From Amphiscolops sp. MND2022 (taxonomy: Eukaryota): DNA of 64,000 bases. The stretch is taken from the NCBI GenBank assembly GCA_964187785.1, contig OZ076409.1:98394001-98458000 (forward strand). Reading direction: 5' to 3'. Each line of letters opens with the position of its first letter. The stretch's first letter is position 1. A model generated the notes under the pieces. It saw only the letters and a list, made by a program, of their open reading frames with translations, was not told the origin of the DNA and ran no database searches. A program made the position numbers and the translations under genes. Shown here piece by piece: positions 35,018-47,959 of the stretch.

Positions 35018-36120
35018 AATTAGTTGCCCGAACCAAGTCTTTCCCTAGAATATGGAAACATGCAATTGTTATCCTTGTCTTTAAAGAGGGTTCCGACACT
35101 GACTTTCACAGAATATAGGCCTATCAGCCTTTCAAACATCGGATCTAAAGTTCTTGAGAAGACCTTATATGACACTATAGATCGATGCTTCGTTGAGTTT
35201 TGCCGCAACCGCCAAATAGGATTTCGACCTGGACGGTCTCCAGTTTTACGGATCTTCAAAACATTATCGGAAATCTATGATCCATTGTCTCATGAAGATA
35301 TCTCCTTCATCTTTTCGGACTTCTAGGAGGCGTTCGATAGTAGTAAAGATTATCAAATCCCTATAAAAAAGCATGCTCGAATTCGACTCCACCAAAGTTT
35401 CTTTGATCTTCTACGAAGCTATCTTACCGGAAGAAGAAAATTCGTAACTTTTGAGGGCTCTACCTCTGAATCCGTCTATGTTCGAGCTGGAGTCCCTAAG
35501 ATGTCAACTCTAGGCACCCCTTTGTTTTTGATATTTATCAATGATCTACCCTCTAATGTTCTCATTGCCACTGCCTACAAGTTTGCTGATGACCTCACTG
35601 CTCTTCGCCAATAAGGGCGACATTTGCTATTTTAAGGAAGACAAATCTACAATTCAAAACTGGTGCAATGTCAATCACATCTATATCAATGCCAAAAGGG
35701 CATCATTCCTTTTAGGGGCACTGTAGATGCAGAGCTCGTAATATCGGATATCAACCTCAAAATTAAACAAGCAAGCACAGATCTTGGTTTAATCATGGAC
35801 GAAAATCTGAAATGGCACAACCAAAAACAACCACAACGAAAGTCGAGCTGTGAATTATTGAAAGGTTTCCAAATCATTCGGTGAAACACCACCCCTGGAA
35901 TATTAAATGAAAAAGTAACATCTACATGTCATTGGTAAGTCTTACCCTGCTATATGCATCCGTATTTTATTGGCCATCTCACTTTGATATGAGTCAATTA
36001 AAATCCACGAACAAAGGGGTCACTTACTGGATTTTACCAGTCGAAAACTACAAAGAGCGTTTACTTCAACTTGAAGTGCTGCCTGCCTCTTTAATCGAAA
36101 ATTGATAGAACTTTTATTTT
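35018..36120 (+). mobile_element. CR1-like LINE RT fragment
   Basis: EYRPISLSNIGSKVLEK, QIGFRPGRS, FLIFINDLP, KFADD; inverted homologue at 36430-37605. Confidence 0.85.
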
Positions 36121-36226
36121 TCAATATTATCAGCAATAAACACAATGAGGATTTTTCCAAATACTACGATATCGAATACCCAAATGGTAGGTTCGATATC
36201 GAATACTCAAAACGCGTTTGAAACTA

Positions 36227-36426
36227 NNNNNNNNNNNNNNNNNNNNNNNNNNNNNNNNNNNNNNNNNNNNNNNNNNNNNNNNNNNNNNNNNNNNNNNNNN
36301 NNNNNNNNNNNNNNNNNNNNNNNNNNNNNNNNNNNNNNNNNNNNNNNNNNNNNNNNNNNNNNNNNNNNNNNNNNNNNNNNNNNNNNNNNNNNNNNNNNNN
36401 NNNNNNNNNNNNNNNNNNNNNNNNNN
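36227..36426. other. Assembly gap (200 N)
   Basis: Run of exactly 200 N, typical of a scaffolding join. Confidence 0.99.
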
Positions 36427-39400
36427 GAATTCTGTTAATTGAAGGTGTCCATGAAGGTATTCCACGTAAATTCAAGATTTTGGGCTTTAATCAAAATTTG
36501 TATATCTGGGTTCAGGACTTCCATGATGAGGTTGTCGCGGTAGCAAGCACGATAGCAAAACTTATCTCTGAGGGCTTCGCAGGGCAAGCCTCTTAATTGA
36601 CTCATATCAAAGTGAGATGGCCAAAAATATTCGGATGCATATAGCAGGGTAACACTTACCAATGACATGTAGATGTTACTTTTTCATTTAATATTCAAGG
36701 GGTGGTGTTTCACCGAATGATTTGGAAACTTTTCAATATTTCATAGCTCGACTTTCGTTGTGGTTGTTTTTGGTTGTGCCATTTCAGATTTTCGTCCATG
36801 ATTAGACCAAGATCTGTGCTTGTTTGTTTAGGTTTAAGGTTGATATCCGATATTACAGCGGATATTATCCGAGCTCTGCATCTACAGTGCCCCTAAAGGG
36901 AATGATGCCCTTTTGGCATTGATATAGAGGTGATTGACATTGCACCAGTTTTGAATTCTAGATTTGTCTTCCTTAAAATAGCAAATATCGCCTTTATTGC
37001 CAAAGTTGAGAGCAGTGAGGTCATCTGCAAACTTGTAGGCAGTGGCAATGAGAACATTAGATGGTAGATCATTGACAAATATCAAAAACAAAGGGGTTCC
37101 AAGAGTTGACATCTTAGGGACTCCGGCTCGGACATAGACGGATTCAGAAGTAGAGTCCTTAAAAGTTACGAATTGCCTTCTTCTGGTAAGATAGCTTCGT
37201 AGAAGATCGAAGAAACTTTGGTGGAGTCGAATTCGAGCATGCCTTTTTTTAAGGGATTTGATAATTTTTACTACTATCATCAAACGCCTCCTGGAAGTCC
37301 GAAAAGATGAAGGAGATATCTTCATGAGACAATGGATCATAGATTTTCGATAATGTTTTGAAGATCCGTAAATCTGGAGACCATCCAGGTCGAAATCCTA
37401 TTTGGCGGTTGGGGCAAAACTCAAGGAAGCATCAATCTATAGTGTCATATAAGGTCTTCTCAAGAACTTTAGATCCGATGTTTGGAAGGCTGATAGGTCT
37501 ATATTTTGTGAAAGTCAGGGTCGGAACCTTCTTTAAAGACAAGGATAACAATCGCATGTTTCCATATTCTAGGGAAAGACTTGGTCCGGGCAACTATTTT
37601 GTATAAATTCAGAACTGAAGGTATGTCTTCTGAGAAAAAGGTTCTTGAAAAAAATTCGGGGAAGTAAATTTGCGGGGGAAGGAAGGCCTTTACTGTTACA
37701 GGGTTTTAGAGCACTGATGTGTTTGTGAATGTCTCCTTCGTTGAAATGAAGGTCTTAACTACCAGCAGAAGATATTTGATCATTAGTTTCAGTGGAAAAC
37801 GAAGACCAGATGGAGCTAAAATAATTGTTGAAAAGGTTGGCTTTGTCGGCTGCCGTTCTTGCTTTTTTTTGATTTCCAATATCTTTCACTCGCGGCTACT
37901 TCTTTACCAAGCATTTTCAATTATCCGAACAGTTCTTCAGATAGAAAAAGATTCCGTCCTCGTGGCAAGATTTGTCGTCGAAGAGGAGCGCGTTTTGTTT
38001 GGTCCTGATCATATCATTTTCTGTTTCTTTGCTTCATTGCAAATTATTTCTCCAGAAGTTTCTCTGTTCAATGAGATTGGAAGAATCTTGATTTACTCAA
38101 CGTGGGAGTAAACAAGGGTATTGGGTGCGTTTGGGGCAATGCTTTTCTAACTTTTTGTTGACCCAGTCATGACATTCATCCAACATTTTCTCTTTGTTCG
38201 AATACCATTTGGACAAAAAAGTTTTTGTGTTGTGTCGCTTGGAAAGTTCCATGTCAAATAACATTGTCATCAAAAAAGGACTGTGATTTGAAATAACTGT
38301 GAATGACTAAAAGTCCTCGTCTATTTGGGTAATTTCGATTAGGCCTGGAGCGTTGGTCAACACGATGTCTGAACGACTAGATTTCGTTGTGTTGAATTTT
38401 ACAACATGAGGGAATTTATAGCTGTCAATAAGTTCCTAAAATGCGGACTGATAAGTGTCCTCGGAAGTTTGACTGTTCCAATTTGTTCACTCATTATCAG
38501 ATCACCCATTATTGTCAACCGATCACAACGCTGTTCGCCTAAAACTTTCATGGCAATTTTGAAGTCGTTTATTGTCAGTCTATGGGGACTGTTTACAGGA
38601 GGATTGTAGAGGGTACAACAGCCGAAATATGATGAACCAAAACAAGTTATTGCAGCTGAGCTTGTTTGTTGTAAATTTGTAGGCATGAAGAATGGCAAGT
38701 GTGAAATGTTGCTTGTTCCAAGCAAGGCATTTTCATGATCAGTTGCTTGGTTGAAGAAATTGTAGATTGTCGGTCGCCTCGGAATAATGAATAACTTGGC
38801 AGGAATAATTCTGCATTTTTCATGCCAGGTGTAAGCCAAGTTTCAGGAAGACACAACAAGTCGAAGTATAAATCAGAACAGATTGAGAAAAATTTAGCCT
38901 TCTCGGGCGAGGTTTGATGTTTCGGAGGTTGAAGAGCAGGATTTTCAAAGGTAGTCGCTTTTCTTTTTCCTCGTCGATTGAAGAGCAAGATTTCTTGCCT
39001 TTGACGATTAGTTTTAGATCTCTTATCTTGATATTCCTCGGTGATTCACCTGCGTTGATCAACTCAAGTCAATTTTTGATCAGTTCATGCTCAAATGTAT
39101 GTTCTTCTCTCTTGAGAGTTCTGCTGAAAATGATTGGTTTTCCATTTTCTTTGAGCTTGTACCCTTTCGATAGAAATGTACCTTTCGACATCCTATTGGT
39201 TGGAGAGACAAACAAGCAGCGTTCGTGGCCTTTTTTGATTGGATTTGAAATTTCCTGCTCTCCTCAATTCCAGTATTGTGGTAGATTTTTTCATGAAATC
39301 AAATACATCAGATAGAGATCGAGAATCGTGATCCAACCGCTTTTTCCGGTACTGGCCCGTTTCAACACTAATGAGGTCTAACTCGTGGATGAAATGATTC

Positions 39401-39610
39401 TGAATTGATGTCTTGTTGGTACAATGGACCCATTTTCAGATTTTACAGAATATTGAGCAGGAAAAGTAGGAAGGGGTTTGGAAGCGATTGACTTTTGTTC
39501 AGCAACTGATTTTTTAAGCAAAGCTAATGATTCTTCGATTGGTTTTAGGGACACCTCAAAACTTTCGATAGTACGGGTCTTTGACGTAGAAACTTGACGT
39601 AGAAACTGGA

Positions 39611-40656
39611 GGATACGGGACAATTTGCCAAAAGACAATTTGCCGAAAGACAATTTGCTGAAAATCGACCCAGGGACAATTTGACGAATAATTTTCGGCA
39701 AATTGTCCTTCACGTTCGGCAAATTGGGCTTCGGCAAATTGTCTTTCGGCAAATTGCCCCGTATCCGGTTTTTGCTCCTTAGAAGCGTTTAAAACAGATT
39801 AGTACTTCTACTCACCTAATATGGGGTCATTTACGGGGTATGCACGCTCGCTCTCACCGTCGCAAAGACCAGCTCCCACTGCGATCTCCGTTCCCGCTAC
39901 GTCTTTGCTCCTGTTCGAAGGCTACGTGGAATCAGGTCTAATGAAATAGATCTAAGAGAGGGGCAAAATTGAGATCTAAATAAATTGATCTAAATAATCA
40001 GGTCTAAAAATCTCTTCTAATTTGATCTAATTTGAGAAAAAAAATGAGTCAATTAGGTTCGAAAACTATAAAGTGATATAAAGTATAAAACGTGCCTCGG
40101 ATATGTCCCCTTTTCCTCTAGTGCCCCGTGGCCCCTTGGGGACGCTTATGTCCCCATCTTGCTAAGTGAGGTCGAAAAGGAGCAAAGACCTAGCGGGAAC
40201 GGAGAACGAGAAGCGATCGTAGTGGGAGCTGGTCTTTGCGACGGTGAGGGCGAGCGTGCATACATCGCATATGCCCCACATTATATTTTTGCTTTCAGAA
40301 CACATATTAGTTCATAAAGGGGGTAGACCTAAGTATTTTAGATAAAATTAGATCTGAAAGTTAGACGTAACAGTTAGATCTAATTCCATTAGTCCCAAGC
40401 AATTGGATCAAAGGCGTACAGTCCCTGTTCGACATCGCTTAGCAAGATGGGAACATAAGCGGCCCCAAGGGGGCGCGGGGCACTAGAGGAAGTGGGGGCA
40501 CATCCGACGGTCAAAAACATTGTTGTTTGAAAACCCTATGTATTCGTCAAATTGTCCCTACAAAATTCGGCAAATTCGAAGGACAATTTGCCGAAAAAAT
40601 TCGGCAAATTGTCCTTCACGTTCGGCAAATTGGGTTTCGGCAAATTGTCTATAACC
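39611..40656. mobile_element. MITE with GACAATTTGCC subterminal repeats, carrying the GC-rich core
   Basis: TIRs GGATACGGGACAATTTGCC / GGCAAATTGTCTATAACC; imperfect 8-bp TSD AAACTGGA / CAAATGGA. Confidence 0.7.
39919..40423. mobile_element. MULE-type MITE with GATCTA-rich arms, carrying the GC-rich core, nested in another core copy
   Basis: Perfect 9-bp TSD CCTGTTCGA (39910-39918, 40424-40432). Confidence 0.75.
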
Positions 40657-40681
40657 CAAATGGAAAAGGTGTCACCGGATT

Positions 40682-41179
40682 GGGGCACGGTAATAAGTTC
40701 GAACGCATAAGTTCAAATTTTAATTTCGAATGGACTAAGTTCGATTTTTCCAAAAACTGGAATAAGTTCGAATCACTCTGTTCGAATTTTGAACTAAGTA
40801 TAAAACGTGCCTCCGATATTTCCCCATTTCATCTAGTGCCCGCGGCCCCTTGGGGCCGCATATGTTCCCATCTTGCTAAGCGAGGTCGAACAGCAGCAAA
40901 GACCTAGCGGGAACGGAGATCGCGAAGCGATCGTAGTGGGAGCTGGTCTTTGCGACGGTGAGGGCGAGCGTGCATACACCGGATAAGCCCATATTTCAGT
41001 TTTTAGATTCCTTCAGATCCTAGGTGGTGGAGATCTCAGGATCTTGTGTGAAGGATGTCCAGTTTACACCGGATATGCCCGATATGAAAATTCGAACTTG
41101 GTGTCTCGAAACTAATCCATTCGAACTTATTGCACTAGTTCAAATCCGAACTTTGTAAATCGAACTTTTTGCCCGAAGC
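40682..41179. mobile_element. MULE-type MITE with AAGTTCGA-rich arms, carrying the GC-rich core
   Basis: Perfect 9-bp TSD CACCGGATT (40673-40681, 41180-41188). Confidence 0.78.
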
Positions 41180-41561
41180 CACCGGATTTATTGCATGATT
41201 GGCATTTCCATGGAACCCCTGGGACTTTCTTCAGTTGAGATAGGATGCTTGAAGGAACACGAAGTTGCACTGCAAGCTTCCACTCTGCAAGCTTCCACTC
41301 TTGTATTCCTCGAGACATTGGCTACACGGAAAAATGGTCGAAATGCACCCATCGTTTGTAGAATCCGTCCTCTCATCATAATCGGAAACTATTTTCTAAG
41401 TTAATCGCAAAATTAGTTTATCAATATTTCGGTTTCATAATTTTTGTCGTTTTTCTGGTATGGAACCAGTTTGTGGAAAACCAGTTTGTTGAATCCAGTT
41501 TGTAGAAAAGTGAAGTCCAGTTTGTGGAATTTTTTTCTACAAACTGGATTCTACAAAATGG

Positions 41562-41798
41562 TGTCAGGTTCAGATGGCTGAAAGCCGACCAGCTGACCGA
41601 CTGACCGACAGCCGATGAAACTTTTGAGGTCAAAATAGATAGCAGACTTGACAGGTACCTGCCAGACAGTGAAATGAATTGTACTTTTTCTGGCACCTGC
41701 TGTGACCTGTAAACATTAGTATAAGTAAATCGCTTCCAATTTCATTTGTGTCATTCCAATAATTAATTCAACTATTAATCACTGCATCATTTTTGAGA
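41562..41798 (+). repeat. Copia-1 5' LTR
   Basis: TGTCAGGTTCAGATGG...; first 69 bp repeated at 46017-46085; followed by the PBS. Confidence 0.85.
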
Positions 41799-41917
41799 GG
41801 TTATGGGCCCAGACCATAACTATTGACAAACAACGACGACCAACTCCACCTCAACGATCACAGCCTAACCAGCCCAGATCAACCAATTGACATGGAGTCA
41901 AGCAGTCAGCAGACGAG

Positions 41918-44135
41918 ATGACAGCCACCCACTCGAAGTTGGAGAAGCTCTCCTTCTCTGGCAAAGACGAGGACTTTGCGGCGTTCAGCGAGCAGTTCGA
42001 GGCGAGGATGTACATGCTCAACCTGGGGAAGTGCCTCGAGGACAAGCTGACTGTGCCTGTCTACAAAGAAGACGAGACGAGGGGAGAAGAAACTGCCAGG
42101 GTCAAATCAGAGGACGAGAGGAAGAAGCAGCGATTCATGGTCTGGTGCGAATTTGTTCAGTGCTTGGACAAGGCTTCAATCAACTTCATCCTCCTTCACA
42201 AGCCAGACGGGTTCAAAGCAGAGGACGAGGAGAAGAAGCAGCGATTCATGGTCTGGTGCGAACTTGTTCAGTGCTTGGACAAGGCTTCAATCAACTTCAT
42301 CCGCCTTCACAAGCCAGACGGGGTAGAAGCCTGGAAAGCCATTGTGGGAAAGCATCGCAGCACCGAGAGGCCCCGCATTCAGACGTTGCTCACTCAGCTG
42401 GCTGGATTGAAGATGGCACCAGGAGAAAAAGTGACCCACTACCTCACCAGGGCTGAGGGAATACGGCTGCCCTTCAAGAAGCAGGCGAGATGACTTCCTA
42501 CACGATGTTCAGCGTAATGGTGTTGAAGGATCTTCCTCCAATTTTTGAGAGCATGGCGACGGTTCTCAACTTCGGACCACGAAAGGGCTACGAAGAGATG
42601 AAACAGGACATCATCAACTTTGCCAGCATGAGGGCGGAGCCTGGCACTGATGTGGCTTCAACTGCCTTCCACTCAAGCGGGGGCAACAGCAGCAGGAAGA
42701 TCACGTGCTTCAAGTGCCAAAAGGAGGGTCACATAGCGAGGGACTGCAGGTCAAAGGAAAGCAGGGCGTGCTTAAAGTGTAATGCGAAGGGCCATCTTGC
42801 AAGGGATTGCAAGAGCAAGAAGGGGCAGTCCAGTAGCACCAGCAGGGGTCCAAAGAAGCAAGGCTTCTTCAGCTTCGGAAGCTTTGAAGGGGCTTCAGTG
42901 GAAGGAGGACTCGAGCTATTGGTTGGACTCTCGGGTTGCAACGGGTTCGTGCTGAAGGACAGGGCTCTCTTCAAGGAACTCGACGAGGCTTTCAACACCG
43001 ATGTGGGCAATGCAAACGGTAGTCGAACACGAGTGGAAGGCAGAGGCACAGCACGATGTGGGGTGCTGCGCAGCAGGGGCAGGATGTGTGAACTCGAGCT
43101 GAAGCAGGCCTTCTGGGTACCCACCTACACCCGCAACCTGATTTCACTGAAGAAGCTAGCCGAGCAGAGTGCAATGGTCAGCTTCGGGAAGGAAGCCAAC
43201 ATCAGGACCCAAGACGGGACCCTTCTTCTTTTGGTTTGTACCAGTGATGACCTATACACTCTTCGTGTTCTTCTTTTTGTGTGTAACCTTGGACCAAGAG
43301 CGCTCCCAGTGGAACGTCTCCCAGGCATTGCACATGGATGTGGAGGGCGCAAGGGTTGGTCACCCTGGTTGGGCAGCCATGCAGCCCAAAGCAGAACCCT
43401 GGAACAGTGGCACAGGGCACTGGGACACAACAACTTCAACGATGTGGCACGGCTAACGAAGCTAGTCGACGGTATGCACATTCGGAAGGACGGAGAAGCA
43501 GGGCATTGTGAAACATGCGCGGAAGAAAAGGCCGAGCGTGCACCTGTGAACAAGGCATCGGGCACAGGAGTGAAGAAGAAGCTGGACATTGTTCACACTG
43601 ATGTGCTGGGGCCAATACATCAGGAGTCACACGAGGGTTTCCGATATGCAATCGGGTTGGTTGACAGCTACTCTCAATATGCTGTCATGTACCCAACGCG
43701 GACACGAGACGAGGTCATTGAGAAGCTGGAACGCTTCATTGCGGATGTGGGCTCACCTGGAACACTGGTCTCATACGAGGCACAAGAGTACAAATCACGG
43801 GGTTTCAACGAGGTGTATCGCCTTACACTCCACAGGAGAATGGCAAAATTGAACGCGTGTGGGGCACTGTCATAGGAATGACGAGGTGCATGCTCGAAAC
43901 GGCGGGTCTGCCAAAGATACTCTGGCCTTATGCTCTGGCTACATCTTTCCATGTCAAAAACAGATGTTTCCACTCTGCGCACAACAGTACGCCGTATGAA
44001 ATGTTCTTTGGTGAGAGGCCAAACTTGAGTGAGATGCAACTTTTCGGATGTCGAGCGTTTGTACTCACCGAGGACAGGAAGAAACTCGACAGCAAGGCCC
44101 AGACGGTCACAGTGATGGGCAATGGTGTGGGTTGA
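41918..44135 (+). pseudogene. gag: Copia-1 gag-protease-integrase (frameshifted)
   Basis: CFKCQKEGHIARDC and CLKCNAKGHLARDC; WHRALGHNN..CETC; VHTDVLGP; LWPYALAT. Confidence 0.88.
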
Positions 44136-44974
44136 CGACATCGTCTACGGTTCAACCGACGAGGACTTCGGACGATGGTTTGAGGCAGAGGTGGGCAAAC
44201 AGTTCACAATTGGTGACTTTAGCCCTCTTGCGTGGTTCCTGGGCGTTGCATTCAAAGCGGAACAAGACGGTTTGACGTTGAGCCACAAACTGTACATATC
44301 AAACTTGCTGACGAAGTTCGGAATGCACAACTGCAAGATCGCTTCAACTCCCTTACCAGAGAAGTGTGCGCTCAGCAAAGACGACCAGCCAAAAGACGGT
44401 TCAGGGGATGTGTCGAAGATAGCTGAATGCGACTACCGAGGACTAGTAGGAAGCATCTCTTACCTGGCGATGACGACGAGACCTGACCTGGCATTTGCAG
44501 CTCATCTCCTGTCGAGGTTCCTCAACAATCGTAATCTGGTTCACTGGCAGGCGGCGAAACATGTGTTGCGGTACCTCAGGGGCACCGAAGATGTGGGCAT
44601 CACATACTGGCGGGACTGCGAGGCACACTTGACAGGGTACCCAGACGCAGACTACGCGAGCTGCAAAGACGACCGCAAAAGCGTGACTGGATACTGTTTC
44701 AATTACGGGAGTGGTGCAATCTCTTGGTCAGCGAAGAAACAGACATGCGTGGCCACATCAACGACAGAAGCAGAGGTTCACGCACTTAGCGAAGCGGTCA
44801 AGGTAGCACTTCACTTACAAGGGATCCTGGAGTGCATTGGCGAGACGAAACAAACAACCATTCTCAGCGACTCCCAAAGGTGTTTAGCACTCTGATCTGG
44901 AAGGACGATGGTAGCTACAAGGCAAAACAGTTCGCCACCCGCCTAGCGTTCCTCAAGGACACGGTCAAGTGCAG

Positions 44975-45887
44975 GGTAAATGGTCACTTGGCTTAATGCC
45001 ATTTGGCTTAAAGTCATTTTGTTTACTACAATTGGTCACTTGCCTAATTTTTTAAAGCTAAGTGTCTCGGGTGTTGGTCACTTGGCTTAAAGTCATTTGA
45101 CTTAAAACCACTTAGTTAAAAACACGTGGCAGATTTTGTCGAATTTCTTTTCATAACGTAGTCATCGTATTATTAAAACATGTCATATAAAGTACCCCTC
45201 GGATATGTCCCCATTTCCTCTAGTGCCCTGCGGCCCCTTGGGCCGCATATTTTCCCATCTTGCTAAGCGAGGTCGAACAGGAGCAAAGACCTAGCGGGAA
45301 CGAAGATCGCGAAGCGGGGGTGGTTGTAAATAGGTCGCATTTTTCTGGTTGAAAGGACAGAGGTCGAACCTTTTGATCGAATTGCATGGATCGAATGGAA
45401 TGCGGTCGAATTTTATCGCATTCGTTGTATGGCTCGGTCGCTTCGCTCCCTTCGCCAAGTAGCAACATTGAGGAATGGCCATATGGCACGTCGCTCCGCT
45501 ACGCTTCGCTCCTGCATTCAGGGCACTAGGGATATGTGAACATATCTGACTACGTTATAAAAATTTCGATCCGAGTTGTTTCGATCCCATTCAAAAATTT
45601 GGTATGTCGACCTGAGGACTAACTCTGATTTTCGATCCCGTTCCTTCGACCAATTTCCGCCCACCCACGAAGCAATCGTAGTGGGAGCTGGTCGTTGCGA
45701 CGGTGAGGGCGAGCGTGCATACACCGCATATGCACCACATTATGATACTTCTGGCAGTTGACACTTTTATTCCTTGAGTTGGAATGGAGTTGGCTTAATT
45801 TTCTGGTCACTTGGTTTAAAATTTTTGAGTCAAATGACTCGACAAAAAAATTAAGCCAAATGGTATTAAGCCAAGAGACTGGTAACC
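44975..45887 (+). mobile_element. GGT-TIR MITE (same family as 20788-21318) containing a nested 349-bp MULE MITE (45318-45666)
   Basis: Perfect 8-bp TSD AAGTGCAG (44967-44974, 45888-45895). Confidence 0.88.
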
Positions 45888-46187
45888 AAGTGCAGCGTGC
45901 ACAGAATTGACTTGAAGTTTGTGCCATCAGCAGACAACATGGCGGACTTATTCTCAAAAGGGTTGGGCAGAATCAAGACGATACAGCACACGGAAGGACT
46001 TTCAGCCAAGCGGGGGTGTCAGGTTCAGATGGCTGAAAGCCGACCAGCTGACCGGCTGACCGACAGCCGTTGAAACTATTGAGGTGATGCCCGTCACAGT
46101 GATGATCTTTTTAGGCTACTCGAGCAGAAGCAAGTGTTTCATCGTGTGCACTGAAGATGGAACTCCTGAGCAAAAGCCAAGCAAGAT

Positions 46188-47959
46188 GTGGACATCAAGG
46201 AACGTGACGTTCAACATGGACTGCTTCCCAGGAACCGTTACATATGTCGACACGGACATGACTCCAACAGATGCGGGGAAACGACGATCCATTATGACAA
46301 TGGTCTACACGACGTGAAGGGTTCATCACCAGATGTTGAGCAAACAGAAGTAGCCGTCGAAACAATTCCCAACAAAGGACACTTGGATGATGAGGACAAC
46401 AACACACAGCTGCAGAGGTGCGAAGCGGGGCGAAAGCGGAGGAATGTCAGACGGCCTCGACGTCTCGATGACTTCGTGATGGGGGACGAGCTCGAGAACT
46501 TGGCACTACACAGCGCGGCATTGGTGGCATCGACGGTCCCTGGATCCGCAGCCGAGGCTCTTGCTGACCCTAACTGGAAAGCAGCGATGCAGCGAGAGTA
46601 CGATTCTTTGATGACGAACGAGGTGTGGTCTCTGGTTTCACGGCCAACGAAGCGACAGCCGAGCACTGGGGAGTGGCACTTTGCAGTGAAAGTCAACGAG
46701 GACGGCAAAGTGACAAAGTACAAGGCACTTTTTGTGGCGCGGGGCTTCACGCAGACACCTGGCTTAGACTACCACGAGACGTACTCACCAACGGTTAGAC
46801 TGTCAACATTGAGGACAGTGCTTGCGTGTGGCGTGAGACATGGCATCAAGTTCCGGCAAATGGACATAAAGTCAGCCTACCTCAATGCACCCATAGACGA
46901 AGAGATTTTTCTGGAGCAGCCAGAAGGGTTCAAGCAGGGCCACAGCGACATGGTCTGCAAACTGAAGAGATCGCTGTACGGGCTCAAACAGTCAGGGCGC
47001 AACTGGTACGAGTGCCTAGCACATCAACTGGAGCAGCTGGGGTTTCATTCTTCGCAGCACGACAAGTGTCTTTGGACACAAAAGAGGGGCAACCACCATT
47101 GCTGGGCGCTGGTGTGGGTTGACGACATCGTCTACGGTTCAACCGACGAGGACTTCGGACGATGGTTTGCGGCAGAGGTGGGCAAACCGTTCACAATTGG
47201 TGACTTTGGCCCTCTTGCGTGGTTCCTGGGCATTGCATTCAAAGCGGAACAAGACGGTTTGACGTTGAGCCACAAACTGTACATATCAAACTTGCTGACG
47301 AAGTTCGGAATGCACAACTGCAAGATCGCTTCAACTCCCTTATCAGAGAAGTGTGCACTCAGCAAAGACGACCAGCCAAAAGACGGTTCAGGGGATGTGT
47401 CGAAGATAGCTGAATGCGACTACCGAGGACTAGTAGGAAGCATCTCTTACCTGGCGATGACGACGAGACCTGACCTAGCATTTGCAGCTCATCTCCTGTC
47501 GAGGTTCCTCAACAATCATAATCTGGTTCACTGGCAGGCGGCGAAACATGTGTTGCGGTACCTCAGGGGCACCGAAGATGTGGGCATCACATACTGGCGG
47601 GACTGCGAGGCACACTTGACAGGGTACCCAGACGCGGACTACGCGAGCTGCAAAGACGACAGCAAAAGCGTGACTGGATACTGTTTCAATTACGGGAGTG
47701 GTGCAATCCCTTGGTCAGCGAAGAAACAGACATGCGTGGCCACATCAACGACAGAAGCAGAGGTTCACGCACTTAGCGAAGCGGTCAAGGAAGCACTTCA
47801 CTTACAAGGGATCCTGGAGTGCATTAGCGAAACGAAACAAACAACCATTCTCAGCGACTCCCAATCGTGTTTAGCACTGATCTCGAAGGACGATGGTAGC
47901 TACAAGGCGAAACACTTCGCAACCCGCTTAGCGATCCTCAAGGACACCGTCAAGTGCAG
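46188..47959 (+). pseudogene. pol: Copia-1 RT-RNase H, cut at its 3' end by the MITE at 47960
   Basis: QMDIKSAYLNA, SLYGLKQSGRNW, VWVDDI, TRPDLAFA, YPDADYA, STTEAE. Confidence 0.92.

Larger units (their letters stand above)
36430..41400 (-). mobile_element. CR1/L2-type LINE with PHD-finger ORF1, APE endonuclease and RT; decayed and interrupted by MITEs
   Basis: FPCSQC...LQC..C...H...WKCQSC (PHD, 41190-41350); KILLFNLR and LCLPETWL (APE, 38647-38988); RT at 36880-37600. Confidence 0.8.
41562..47959 (+). mobile_element. Ty1/Copia retrotransposon 1 (decayed, rearranged; 3' end disrupted by nested insertions)
   Basis: LTR 41562-41798; PBS GGTTATGGGCCCCAG; gag with two CCHC knuckles; PR-INT-RT-RH order; WVDD and GYPDADYA. 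Partial LTR copy at 46017-46085 after PPT AAGCGGGGG. Confidence 0.92.

Noticed and set aside
36130-36475. ORFs containing X runs
   Set aside because: Artefacts of the N gap.
44108-46101. Transib-like TIR pair CACAGTGATGGGCA / TGCCCGTCACAGTG capturing Copia sequence
   Set aside because: No 5-bp TSD fits; the 12-bp direct-repeat reading explains the junctions more simply.
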